Source: Scenedesmus sp. PABB004 (taxonomy: Eukaryota). Taken from it: a DNA stretch of 64,000 nt. How positions within the stretch are numbered: position 1 is the stretch's first letter; each line of letters opens with the position of its first letter. This document shows positions 10,500 to 21,407 of the stretch, piece by piece. Below the pieces are notes generated by a model that was given only the letters and a program-made list of their open reading frames with translations, did no database searches and had not been told where the DNA came from. The stretch lies in the NCBI GenBank assembly GCA_014905635.1, contig JABVCE010000022.1:124001-188000 (forward strand). The letters are read 5' to 3'. A program made the translations under genes and the position numbers.

Positions 10500-12139
10500 A
10501 TGCTGGCGCGCCGGGCTCCCGTCGCGGCCGGCGGATCCTCGCGCGCGCGCGCCGGCGTGCCGCCGCGGCGCGCCGGCGTGCGCGCTGCTGCGGCGTCCGC
10601 GCCGGCCTCCACGGCGGCCCCCGTCGACGCCGCGGCGTTCGAGCGGTTCCTGCTGGACACCCAAGCCGCCATCCTGGCGGAGGCTGAGGCCCTGGACGGC
10701 AGCGGGCAGCGCTTCATCACCGACCGCTGGGAGCGCCCCGGCGACAACGCGGGTGCGCGCCGCCGCCGGCCGCGGCGGCCGCGGCGGGTGCGCGCCGTGC
10801 CGGCGCCCCGCCACGCCGCGCGGCGCGCGCAGGGTACGGGATCACGTGCGTGCTCGAGGGCGGCGCGCTGCTGGAGAAGGCGGCGGCCAACATCAGCATC
10901 GTGCGCGGCACGCTCAGCGCGGCGCGCGCGCAGGCGATGAGCTCGCGCGGCCGCGCCCAGATCGACCCCGCGGGCGGGCAGCCCTACAGCGCCGCCGCGC
11001 TGAGCCTCGTGTTCCACGCGGCGCACCCGCACGTGCCGACGCTGCGCGCCGACGTGCGCCTCTTCCAGGTGCGGCGGCGGCGGCGACTCCCGCGCCCCCG
11101 CGCCCCCTGCCCGCGCGCCGCGCGGCGCCCAACTCTCTTTCTCCTCGCCCCCCCCCCCCTCCTCCGCGGTGCAGGTCGCGGGCTGCTCCTGGTTTGGCGG
11201 CGGGTGCGACCTCACGCCCAGCTACCTGTACGAGGACGACGCGGCGGCCTTCCACGCCTATTGGAAGGCCGTGGCCGACCGGCACAGCCCGGGCCTCTAC
11301 GCGGAGCACAAGGCCTGGTGCGACAGGTGCGCGCCGGCGCGCGGCGCGCGAGGGCGCGGCGCGCGAGGGAGGGCGCGGCGCGCGGGGGCCCCACGCCCCC
11401 AACCTCCCGCCGCCGTCGCCGCGGCCCCGGCTCGAATTCGAATTTAAACCCCGGCTCCAATCAAAATTCAAACCGCCACAGGTACTTTTACATCCCCGCC
11501 CGCAAGGAACACCGTGGCATCGGCGGCCTCTTTTTCGACGACCTCGACGCCGAGGGCGCCGGCTTCGACGTCGCGGCCTACGTGCGCGACGTCGCGGCCG
11601 GCATCCTGCCCAGCTGGGCCGACATCGCCGCGCGGCGGCGCGCCGAGCCCTTCACGCCCGCGCAGCGCGACTGGCAGCTGCTGCGGTGCGCGCGCGGAGC
11701 GCGCGGGCGGCCGCCGCACCCGGCCGGCCCCGCCGGCGCGCCGAGCGCTCGGGGCGCTGCTCAGCCCGGCCTCGCCTCGCCTGCGCGCCTCGCTCGCGCG
11801 CAGGCGTGGGCGGTACCTTGAGTTCAACCTGCTCTACGACCGCGGCGTCAAGGTGCGCCGCCCCCGCCGCCCCGCCCCGCCCTGCCCCTGGCACAGCCGG
11901 CCGCTGCCGGGCGGCCGCGCGCCGCAGCGCACCACCAGCCGCGCGGCGCAGCGCACCCATGAAGCCGCACGCGCGCCGCGTGCCGCGCCGCGCAGTTTGG
12001 CCTGGACGGCGGGCGCGTGGAGAGCATCATGGTCAGCGCGCCGCCGCTGATCGCGTGGCGCTACAACGTCGTCCCCGAGCCGGGCTCGCCCGAGGCGGCG
12101 CTCGTTGACGTGCTGCGCGCGCCGCGCGACTGGGTTTAG
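10500..12139 (+). CDS. CPX2: Oxygen-dependent coproporphyrinogen III oxidase (HemF family), CPX2-like, plastid-targeted
   Basis: Transit-like N-terminus, then [85 protein letters not shown] and [11 protein letters not shown]. The isoform call rests on recalled similarity. Confidence 0.9.
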
Positions 12140-12412
12140 GCGCCCGGGCCGCGCCGCCGCGCCGCCCCGGTAAGCTCACGCCCGGTGCGCCCCGGGGACA
12201 ACGTCGTAGCGCCACGCACGCCACCGGCAGCAGCTGCTGCTCTCCACGCCACCGGCAGCAGCGTCCGTCCGCAGCAACAGCACCTGGCGATCGGCCAGCA
12301 GGGCGCAGCCAGGCCTCCGAAACTCGCAGGTAGTCCTACCATCAGCTCACCGATCTGTCGGGCCAGCGTGGTGGCCCCCCGCGGGAGGCGTGATGGGGCA
12401 GCGCGAGCGGTG

Positions 12413-14579
12413 ATGGAGCAGCAGATGGCGTGGCTCACGCCGCTGCAGCAAGGGGGCGCCTGGCTGCTCCAAGCTGCGGCGTCGTGCTCCGCGTTCTGCC
12501 CCATCGACCTGCCGCCCTCGCTGCTGCAGTACGCCGGCGGCGGCGAGGTGCTGGCCGTCGGCGGGCGGCGCTACCGCGTGCTGCGCCAGGTGCGGGTGGG
12601 GCGCGAGCGAGCCGGCGGTCGCCGCAGCAGCGAGGTGGCCGTGCACCCACACTCACGCACGCCGCGGCCGCCCGCCCGGCACGCGCCCTGACCCCACGCC
12701 CCCACGCCGCCGCAGCTGGGCGAGGGCGGCTATGCGTACGTCTTCCTCGCGGCAGAGGTGCCGTCGCCGGAGCGGCCGCTCGCCGGTCGCGAGCCGCCGG
12801 TCGCGATCAAAAAGGCGCGCCTGCCCCCCGGCAGCGGCGGCGGAGCGGGCCGCGCCGCCGGGCTGTGTGCGCGCAGCGCAGCGCGCGGACCAGGCCGACC
12901 CCGCCGCGCCGCGGCGCCGCCGCAGATCGTCGCCGCGAGCGGCGAGGCGCTCGCGTCGGCGCGGCGCGAGGTCGAGGTGCTGTCCGCGCTGTCGCACGCG
13001 GCCTGCCTGCCGCTGCTCGCGCACGCGGCCGTGGCGCAGGGCGGCGGGCGGGCGCACCACGTGCTGCTGGTCTTTCCGGCCTACGAGGCACGCTGTGCGC
13101 TGTGCTGCGCGCGCTCTGCCATGACAGCGCCTGGGCAGCCAGCGCGGCAGGCGCGGCAGCAGAGCGTGGGCCCTTCGGGGGGCGAGCCCCGCGCCCGCGC
13201 CCGCCGCCGCGCAGGACGGCACGCTCGCAGAGGAGCTCGCGCGCCTCGCCGCCGCGGGGCGGCAGCTGGGCAGCCGGGACGTGCTGGACATCTGGCGCCA
13301 GGCGCGCACGCGCGGCGCACGGCCGCAGGGCGCCGTGCGCGCTGCACCGCGACGCGCCCCCGCGTGCGCCCCCGCAGGTGTGCTCCGGCGTGGCCCACAT
13401 GCACGGCCGGGGCTATGTGCACATGGACATCAAGCCCCACAACGTGCTGCTGCGCCGCCCCGGCGCCGGCCGGCGCGGGGGCCAGCAGCCGCGGCGGCAG
13501 CAGCCGCTCGCGCCGCCGGCGCGCGCGCCAGCCATGTCGGCCGGCCGGGACAGCGACGACGGCGCGGCGGCGGCGGCAGCGACGACGAGCGCGACGCGGG
13601 CAGGAGCCTGGTGCGCGTGCGCGCGCGCGCGTGCGCGGGCCCGCGCCGGCCGCGGGCCGCCCCGGCGCCGCGGGTCTGGGGCCGGGGCCGCGCGCGGGCG
13701 CTGCACACACACTGGTGCCGCCCCGCCGCCGGCGCAGGTGGCACCCCGCGGCTACGAGGCGGTGGTGATGGACTTTGGCAGCGCCCGCCGCCTGCCCATC
13801 ACCGTGGCGAGCCGGGCAGAGGCGCTCGCGCTGCAGGAGGACGCAGAGGTGCACTGCCGGCGGCCGGCGCGGCGGCGGCGGCGGTCGCGGCGGCGGTGGC
13901 TCGCCCCGGCCCCGGCCCCGGCCTCCGCCGGCGCCCCGCGCCGACGCCTCGGCGGCCGTGCGCCGCGCCGCGCCCCGCAGGCGCACTGCACCGCCACGTA
14001 CCGACCGCCGGAGCTGTTTGACGTGCCGAGCACGTGCACGCTGGGTGGCGCGGTCGACGTGTGGGCGCTCGGCTGCACGCTGTGCGTCGGCGGCGCGGCC
14101 CGCGCGGCGCGTGCGCGCGCCGCTCGGGCGGGGCGCGCGCGCGGCGCAGGCGAGGGCCGGGCGGGCCCCGACCGCCGCGCCCGCCGCCCCTGCTGCCCTC
14201 GCTCGCACCCTCTCCGCCGCCGCCCGCAGCTATGCGATGATGTACGGCGCGTCGCCCTTTCAGCAGGCGCTGGACCAGGGCGCGAGCCTCGCTCTCGCCG
14301 TCCTCAAGTGAGCTGTAGCCGAGAGGCCGCCTGCCCGCCGGCAGAGCCTCGGCTGACCAGTCGCGCCTGACGCCCGCACCTGCGCGCCGCCGCCCCCGCA
14401 GCGCGCGAGTGCCCTGGCCCAGGCCGCCCGCTCCGCGCTACCCTGAGCCGCTGCACGGCCTCGTCGCGGCGTGCCTCGCGCCCGACCCCGCGGCGCGGCC
14501 AGGCGCGCGGGAGCTGGTGTCGCGGGCCGACGAGCTGCTGGGCGGGCCGCCGCTGCCCGACCCGCGCCCGCCGCCGTGA
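12413..14579 (+). CDS. Ser/Thr protein kinase, STK16/NAK-like
   Basis: LGEGGYAYVFL, VAIKK, HMDIKPHNVLL, VMDFGSA, HCTATYRPPELF, DVWALGCTL and YAMMYGASPF; eight introns, three of them GC-AG. Confidence 0.88.
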
Positions 14580-15396
14580 GGCGGTGGACGCGTGAGGCCG
14601 CGTGCGATGCGCGGGCCGCCGCCGCCGCCGGGAGCGGCGGCGCGCGCGCGCCCGGGCGGCGGCGGCGAGGCTGCTGCTGGCGCGCGGCTGCCGCGAGTTC
14701 GCGCTGACTGGCGCTGGGGAACGCGCCGGCGCACGGGCTGGGGCGTTGCGCGGTTTGGTCACCTGCCCCCGCTGCGCGCGCGCGCCCGCCCGGCCACTCG
14801 TTCCCGTCTCGTCGAGCCGCGCACACCACGCACGACCGACGCGCAGCCCGCGCGGCACCGCGAACACGCAGCACGTTGCAGGCGCGCGCTGCCTTGCACC
14901 TGCTGCCAGCGCGCTGCCGCTCCTCGGACGGCGGCCAATCACACGAGTCGCGACGCGCGACTAGCGAGGCCGCTCGACGCGAGCTCGCTGGCAACGCTGG
15001 GTGGGTGCCGCGCGCTCAGCGCGCCCGCCGGCGCTGGGGCCTCGCCCCCGGGTGGCCGTGGGCGCGGTGGAGCGCCTGCGCGCGGCGCCGCGGCCCCGGG
15101 CCCCGCGCAGCGCGCGCACGGCACCGCCCGACTGAGCGGGCCCGACGCCGTGCCTGCCGCGCCCCCAGGCCGCGCGGAGGCCCGCTGGTGACGTGACGCG
15201 GACGATCTAGGAGCCAGGGTGCGTGCCGCGCGTCGCGAGCGGGCGGTGGGCGCCGGCAGCGGGCGCCGGCAGCTGCCGGCGCCGGCGGCAGCGCCCGCAG
15301 CCGCGGCGGCGGCGGCGTGGCGCCGGCCGGCCGCGCGCCCACGCGCGCGCCGCGCCGCGCTCCGCCCGCAGGCGCAGCAGAGGCGCGCACGGCGGG

Positions 15397-17289
15397 ATGG
15401 GCGGCGGCAAGGGCATCGGCGGCATCGGCGGCGCGCTGCCGCACTCGGAGAGCCGGCAGCGCCTCGCGGGCGCGGCCGACTCGGACTGCACCATCGAGGT
15501 GCTCGACAGCTCCGGCCACCCCGCGGGCGCGCCGCGGCCGCCGCCGGCGGCGCTCGCGGCGCTCGCGGCGTCCGCCGCGCCGGCCGGCGCGGCGCGCCGG
15601 CCGCGCACGTACTACATCGACTGGCTGCGCGCGTGGCTCACGCTGCTCGTGGTGGTGCACCACTGCGTGTGCACCTACCTCACGCAAGTCGAGTGGCGCG
15701 CCAAGAAGGGCGACACGGCGCTCTGGCTGCTCACGCAGCTGTTCGTCAACGCCAACCAGGCCTACTTCATGACGTGAGTGAGCCCCGCGCCGGCAGCAGC
15801 GCTCGCCGGCAGCAGCGCCGGCAGCAGCGCTGGCAGCAGCGCCGGCAGCAGCGCCGGCAGCAGCGCCAGCAAGCAGCAGGGCCGGCAGCAGGGGCTGCCG
15901 CCGCCCCGCCGCGCCGCCCTGCCCGCCCGCCGCACGCCGCCACGGCTCCCTAAACCCCACGCCGCCCCGGCCCCTAAACCCCAGGCTGTTCTTCTTCATC
16001 AGCGGCATCTACGTCCCCGGCAGCTTCCGCCGCAAGGGCGCGGCGCGCTTCCTCGCCGACCGCACGCTGCGCCTCGTGGTGCCGTGCCTCGTCTACTCGC
16101 TCGCGCTGCTGCCGCTGCAAAACTGGTGGAAGGACCAGGCCAAGCCGCCGCCGCACCCGAGCCTCGGGCAGAGCTTCGCCGACTGGCTCACGCCCGGCGG
16201 CTGGCCGACCACGTACGTGCTGCCCACGGGGCCGCCCTGGTTTGTGTGGATGCTCTGGTGCTTCAACGTGGCCTACGTCATCCTCGCCCGCCTCGCCGGT
16301 GAGCGAGCGCGCCGCGCCGCGCGCGGCGCAATGCCAGCGCCGGCTGCGCGGCAGCGTCGCGTCTCTCTCCCTCGCGCGCGCGCATGCGGCTGCGCCGCCG
16401 CCGCGCCGCGCGACCCACCTGCCCCCCCCCCTGTCCCGCCCCGCCCTGCCCGGCCCGCGCAGGCCTCCTCCCGCGCCGCGCGCTGCCGCGCTGGGCGCGC
16501 CGCGCGCCGGCGTCGCCGCCGCCGGGCGGCGTCGCGCCGGTCAAGGCCCCCGGCGCGGCCGGCGGCGCCGGCGGCAGCGCGCCGCCGTCGCCGCCGGCGC
16601 CCTGCGCGCGCGCGCCGCGCTTCTCGGCGGCCGCGGTCCTCGCCGGCGGCGCGGCGCTGTCGCTGCTGTTTGGCGCCCTCGCGTACGCCACGCGCGCGCT
16701 CGACATGCGCGTCTGGGGCGTGTCGCCGGGCGAGTTTGTGACTGCTGGCCCCTTTGTGCACTTTATGCCAGACTACTTTGCCGTCTATGTCATCGCCTTC
16801 TCCCTCGGCCTCTTCTCCGGGCCGGGCGCGTGGGACGTGCTCGACCGCCTGCCGCCCGGCTGGGCCGCGCCGCTGCTCGCGGGCGGCGGCCTGTGGTGGG
16901 GCCTCGCCGGCTGGGTGCCCAACGTCGCGCTGCACTCCTACATGAGCGGCCAGGCCGGCGGCGCCGCGTGGCTGTGGTCCTGGGCGCTGCGGAGCTTCGT
17001 GGAGCAGAGCTTCTGCGTCGTGTGGAGCGCGGGCAGCCTGCTGCTCTTCCGCGCCGCCTTCAACGCCCGCCCCGGCGCGTTTGGGCGGGCCGTCATCAAC
17101 GCGAGCTACGGGGCTTACATCATCCACCCGGTCATCATCTGCCTCGTCGCGCGCGGCATGGCGCCGCTGTTCGTGGGCTTCCCCTCCAGCGTGCTCAGCG
17201 CGGCGGTGATCAGCCCGCCCGTCGTGCTCGGCGCGTGGGCCGTCGCGGCGGCAGTGCGCGCGCTGCCCGGCGCCGACCGCGTCCTGTGA
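15397..17289 (+). CDS. Membrane-bound acyltransferase family 3 (OafA/OpgC/MdoC-like)
   Basis: RTYYIDWLRAWLTLLVVVHH, QAYFMT|LFFFISG, FLADRTLRLVVP, GPPWFVWML and SYGAYIIHP, with many hydrophobic helices; two introns. Confidence 0.88.
15788..15872 (+). repeat. Intronic 12-bp minisatellite (AGCGCCGGCAGC)n
   Basis: About six copies in intron 1 of the acyltransferase gene. Confidence 0.8.
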
Positions 17290-18203
17290 GCGCGCGCGCC
17301 GCGGGCGCCGGCGCGCGCAGTTTTGGACGCACCGAGAAAAACAAACGCACGAACGCGCGGGCGCAACGGAATAACGTATCATGCCCTCGCCGCGCCGCTG
17401 GCTGGCAGGGGGGTCGCAGGAGGCGCACTCACTCAGGGGGGAGGGGTGCTTGATTGACTAGGCTTTTGATGCGCCGCCTGCTCCTGCATCGTTGATGATG
17501 ACTGCTTGCAGGGCTCGCCCGTTGTTGCTCGCCGCGGTGATGACTGTCGGCCGCCCGAGCGTGTGGGCGGCGGGTGGGCGGGCGGGGCGGGTGGGTGGGC
17601 GGACGTGCATATAGCTTTGCAGGCACTGCCGAAGCTCCGACGCAATGCATGTCTTTGGGCATTCGGGCGGCGGCTCGCGCGGCGCGCGCGCCCCGGCCGC
17701 GGCGGCGCCTCCCTCGGTGGTAGAGCGCCGCCGCGCCAGCATGCCACGGCCGCCGCCGCCCGCGCCGTGGCATGGGCTGGGGCGCCGCGCCGCACGCACG
17801 CACGCGGCGCAGGGGGGGGGGGCTGTCAGGTGCACTGGCGCGGCGCACACGCGCGCTGTGCGGCGCCGTCTTAACCCAATCAACAGCCAAGCTGATGGTG
17901 ATGCATGACCGCTTGAGTACACCACGCCTAGTCTGCCTTGCCTTGCCTTGCACGCGCGCCGCCGCCATGCGCGCGGCGGGCGGCGGCTCCCTGGCCGCCC
18001 CTGTGCGCGCATGCGCGCGCGCGCGTGGGCCGCGGCGCTCCGTGGCGCGCGCTGGCCGGCCACCTGGCGCTGCAGCTCGCTGCCCTGGCTGTGGGGAGCG
18101 CGGAGGAGGCCTGGGCCTGCTGGGCGGCGCACGAAGAGGAGGAGGAGGCTAGGGTGCGTTGCTGCATGTCGCTCGTTGTCAGGCGCAGCGAGTAACACGG
18201 CCG

Positions 18204-18208
18204 TTACA
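18204..18208 (-). terminator. Putative UGUAA polyadenylation signal of the complex I subunit gene
   Basis: TTACA on +, about 190 nt beyond the stop at 18398. Confidence 0.55.
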
Positions 18209-18397
18209 TGCGCAAGGCCGGCGCGTGCACGCGCAGCCCTCTCTCTGCGCGCGCCAGCTGCTGTCGTCCGCCCCGGCGGCGGCGCTGCGCCACCGGTGCA
18301 CCCTCCAGCCCCTCCCTCTCCGCCCTCTCCGCCCGCGCCGCCCGCCCCGCCCGCCCCGCCGAGCTACCCGCCGTTGCGTTTCCTGGCCCGCCCCGCT

Positions 18398-19187
18398 CTA
18401 CTTGCCCGGCCGCTCCACCAGGGCCTTGTACTCAGGCCCGTTCTCAATCACGCCGAGTAACCGGGCTGCGGCGCGGCGCGGGCGGGCACACGGGGGTCGG
18501 CGCGCCGGCGTGCGAGCGGCGCGGCGCGGGCGGGGCGGCGGCGCCGCCGCGGCGAGCGGCGCTGCTGCCGCCGCGCCGCGCGCCGCACCTGTGCTGTTCT
18601 GCACCACCTGCGCCAGCGCCGCCGAGCCGGTGAGCAGCACGCCGACGATCATGCCCTGCCGCGTCGCGTAGCTCTTGCTGCCTGCGGGGCGGCGGCCGCG
18701 TCGGCGGAAGCGTGGGTGGCGGGGTGCGCTGCTGCTGCTGCCGCTTGGGCCTTGGGCTGGCACCGGCGCCGTCGCTGCCGCTGCTGCTGCTCCCGCCGCC
18801 GCTGCTGATGCTGCTGCCGCCGCCGCCCAGCCCGTTGCTGCTGGCGCCACGGCGGTCCCCGCCCCCTGCCCGCCCTCCCGGCCGCTGCGGGCGCCGCGCG
18901 GCGCACCGATCCAGTAGCCCACGGGCGCGCCGACCGCCGTCGCCCGCAGCAGCAGCCAGTAGTCCTCCCGCCTCAGCGTGCCAACTGCGGCGCGGGCGGC
19001 AGCAGTGGGCTGCCCGTACCCGCGGCTGGCGGGGGCGCGGGCGGGCGGGGCGCGGCGGGGCGCGGCTGGGCCGGCGGCGGGGGCACCCACAAATCTGGCT
19101 CCAGGTCGGCTCGTTGGTGATGACCGGGAACTTGCGCTCGTTCAGCACCACGCTGCTGGGAGGGGTGATGCGGTGGATCTCGTTCAT
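18398..19187 (-). CDS. Mitochondrial complex I 20.9-kDa subunit (NUO21/NUXM family)
   Basis: Four exons: KFPVITNEPTWSQI|VGTLRREDYW..VGYWIG|..GMIVG..VVQNST|ARLLGVIEN. This matches the family pattern yPvid.nP.f..vv..f...DY ... QnS..Rl.G..N. Confidence 0.75.
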
Positions 19188-19522
19188 GGCGCCGGCGCGC
19201 AGCGGCGCGAGCAGGGCCGCGAGGGGATCGAGGGCAGGCGCTGGCGCGCGCAGGCTCGCAGCTGACGGCCACGACCTGCGTCCGGGAGCGTGGGGTGGGC
19301 GGGCTGCGAATGCGCTGGCGCGGGAGCCAGGGCGGGCTCGAGTTGCGCCGCCGCGGCGCCGCCGCAGCAGCGCCGAGGTTCTGCGCGCCGCCGCGGGGGC
19401 GCAAGGAGCGCCGCCTGCGCCCCGCCGCCGCGCAGTTCGGCCCCACCGTCGGTCCCAGCGTCAGGCCCCGCGCCGCCGCACGCGCGTCTCGCGCCGCACG
19501 CGCCCGCGCGCCGACCACAGAA

Positions 19523-21236
19523 ATGCAGCGCGCCGCGGCGGGGTGCGCTTGCGGCGGGCCGCCATGGGCGGCAAGGCCGGGCTGCGCCCCACCCGCCGCC
19601 GGCGGCGGCGGCCGCGGCGCTCACGCCGCTGCGCCGTGCCGCGCCGCGCCGCGCAGGCCGCCGCCGCGCAGGCCGCCGCTGCCGCGGGCCGCCGCGCCGC
19701 GCCGCGCCGCGCCCCGCGCGCCGCGCCTCGCGGTCGCCGCGAGCGCGGTGTGGCGCCGCCTGGAGCGCAGTGGCGCGTGGGTCGCGCACCCGCGCGCGGC
19801 GCGCGTGAAGGGCGTCGTCCACTTCCTCGGCGGCGCGTTTGCCGGCGCCGCGCCGCAGCTCGCGTACAACGGGCTGCTCGAAGCCCTCGCAGACGGCGGC
19901 TGGACCACGGTCGCCACGCCTTACGCGGTCACGTTCCGGCACGACCAGTGCGCCAAGCAGGCGCGGCGCGCGTTCCTCGCCGCGCTGGAGGAGCTGCGCG
20001 CGGGCGGGCGCGGCTACCTCGCGCCGGCGGCCGCGCCCGTGCTGGGCGTGGGGCACAGCAACGGCGCGCTGCTGCACCTGCTCATCTGCAGCCTCGAGCC
20101 CGGCGCGACGCGCGGCAGCGCCATCATCAGCTACAACAACCTGTGAGCGGGTTGTCGGGGCGCGGCGCCCAGGGGGGGGGGGGGGCTGCCGCCCGGCGGG
20201 CCGCGGGCCGCCCGTGGCGCCGCCGGCCGCCACACAACCGCCGCAAAACCCCCGCCCGCCCGCGCGCCCGCCTGGCCGGACCGCAGGCAGGTGTCGGACG
20301 CGATACCCATCCCAGGGCTGCTCAAGGGCCTGCAGCCGACAGTGCAGGCGGCGCGCGGCGCCGGTGGCGGCAGCGGCAGCGGCAGCGGCAGCGGCAGCGG
20401 CAGCGGCAGCGACAGCGCGGGCGCGCGGTCGCCGGTGCAGGAGCTGCTCGCGGCGGTGGGCGGGTCGCTGCTGCTGGCGGAGCAGCAGCAGCAGCTGCTC
20501 GTGGGCGCGGCGCCGGCGCTGGACCAGCTGGCCTCCATCGTCAACGAGGCGCGCCGCCGCCGCCGCCGCCGCCGCCCGCGCTGCCGCCGCGCCGCCGCCG
20601 CGCCGCCCGTCACGCCCCGGCGCCATGCGCTGCACCGCGCCGCGCCAGGTCGGCGACGGCCTGACCGACTTTTCGCCCACGCCCGGCGAGAGCCGCGCGA
20701 TCGTGGCGGCGGGGTACGCGTGCCCCTCCACGCTGCTGGTCCAGTTTGAGGACGACTCGATCGACGAGACGCCAGAGCTGCTCGCCATCCTGGAGGCGCG
20801 CCTCGCGGCGCCCGCCAGCGGCGGCGGCGGCGGCAGCGACGCGGGCAGCGAGCAGGCGGCCGGCGGCGAGCAGGCGGCCGGCGGCGCGCTCGAGCAGGCG
20901 GCGGACGTCGACGGCGCGGCGGCGGTCGCGGCGGCGGTCGCGGAGGGCAGCGCGTGGAGCTCGGTCGACGAGGATGTTGACGTGGCGCGCGTGCTGCGCA
21001 CGCTGGGCGCGCTGCGGGCGGCGCGGCGCGAGCCCGCCAGGCTGCAGCGCCTCGTGCTGCCCGGCAGCCACGTCACGCCGTGCGGGGGGCCCGTGCGGCG
21101 CGATCCGGGGTTGCTGCCGGGCCCTGTCGACCTGCTGCTCGCGAGCACGGCCGGCGCGGAGAGCCAGGCGCAGCTGCGCACGCTCGCCGACCGCCTGCTG
21201 GCCTGGCTGGACGAGTGCCGCACGGCCGCCGCATAG
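19523..21236 (+). CDS. DUF1350 alpha/beta-hydrolase-fold protein, probably plastid
   Basis: KGVVHFLGGAFAGAAPQLAY..LL, VATPYAVTFRH, GVGHSNGALLHLL, IISYNN, DFSPTPGES, LLVQFEDDSIDET and LPGSHVTP; start uncertain. Confidence 0.85.
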
Positions 21237-21240
21237 ACGC

Positions 21241-21245
21241 TGTAA
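21241..21245 (+). terminator. Putative UGUAA polyadenylation signal of the DUF1350 gene
   Basis: TGTAA 4 nt after the TAG stop. Confidence 0.5.
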
Positions 21246-21407
21246 CAGCGGCGCAGTGCCACGCCTCGCGGCGCGCTGCGGCGGCGGCAACGCGGGGTGG
21301 GCCCGGCGCGCCCGCCGCGAACACAAGACATCCCCGCCCGCCACCTGCGTGCATCAATAACAGCAAAGGGCGACGGCGGCCGCAGGCCGAGCGAGGCGCC
21401 TGGCCGC

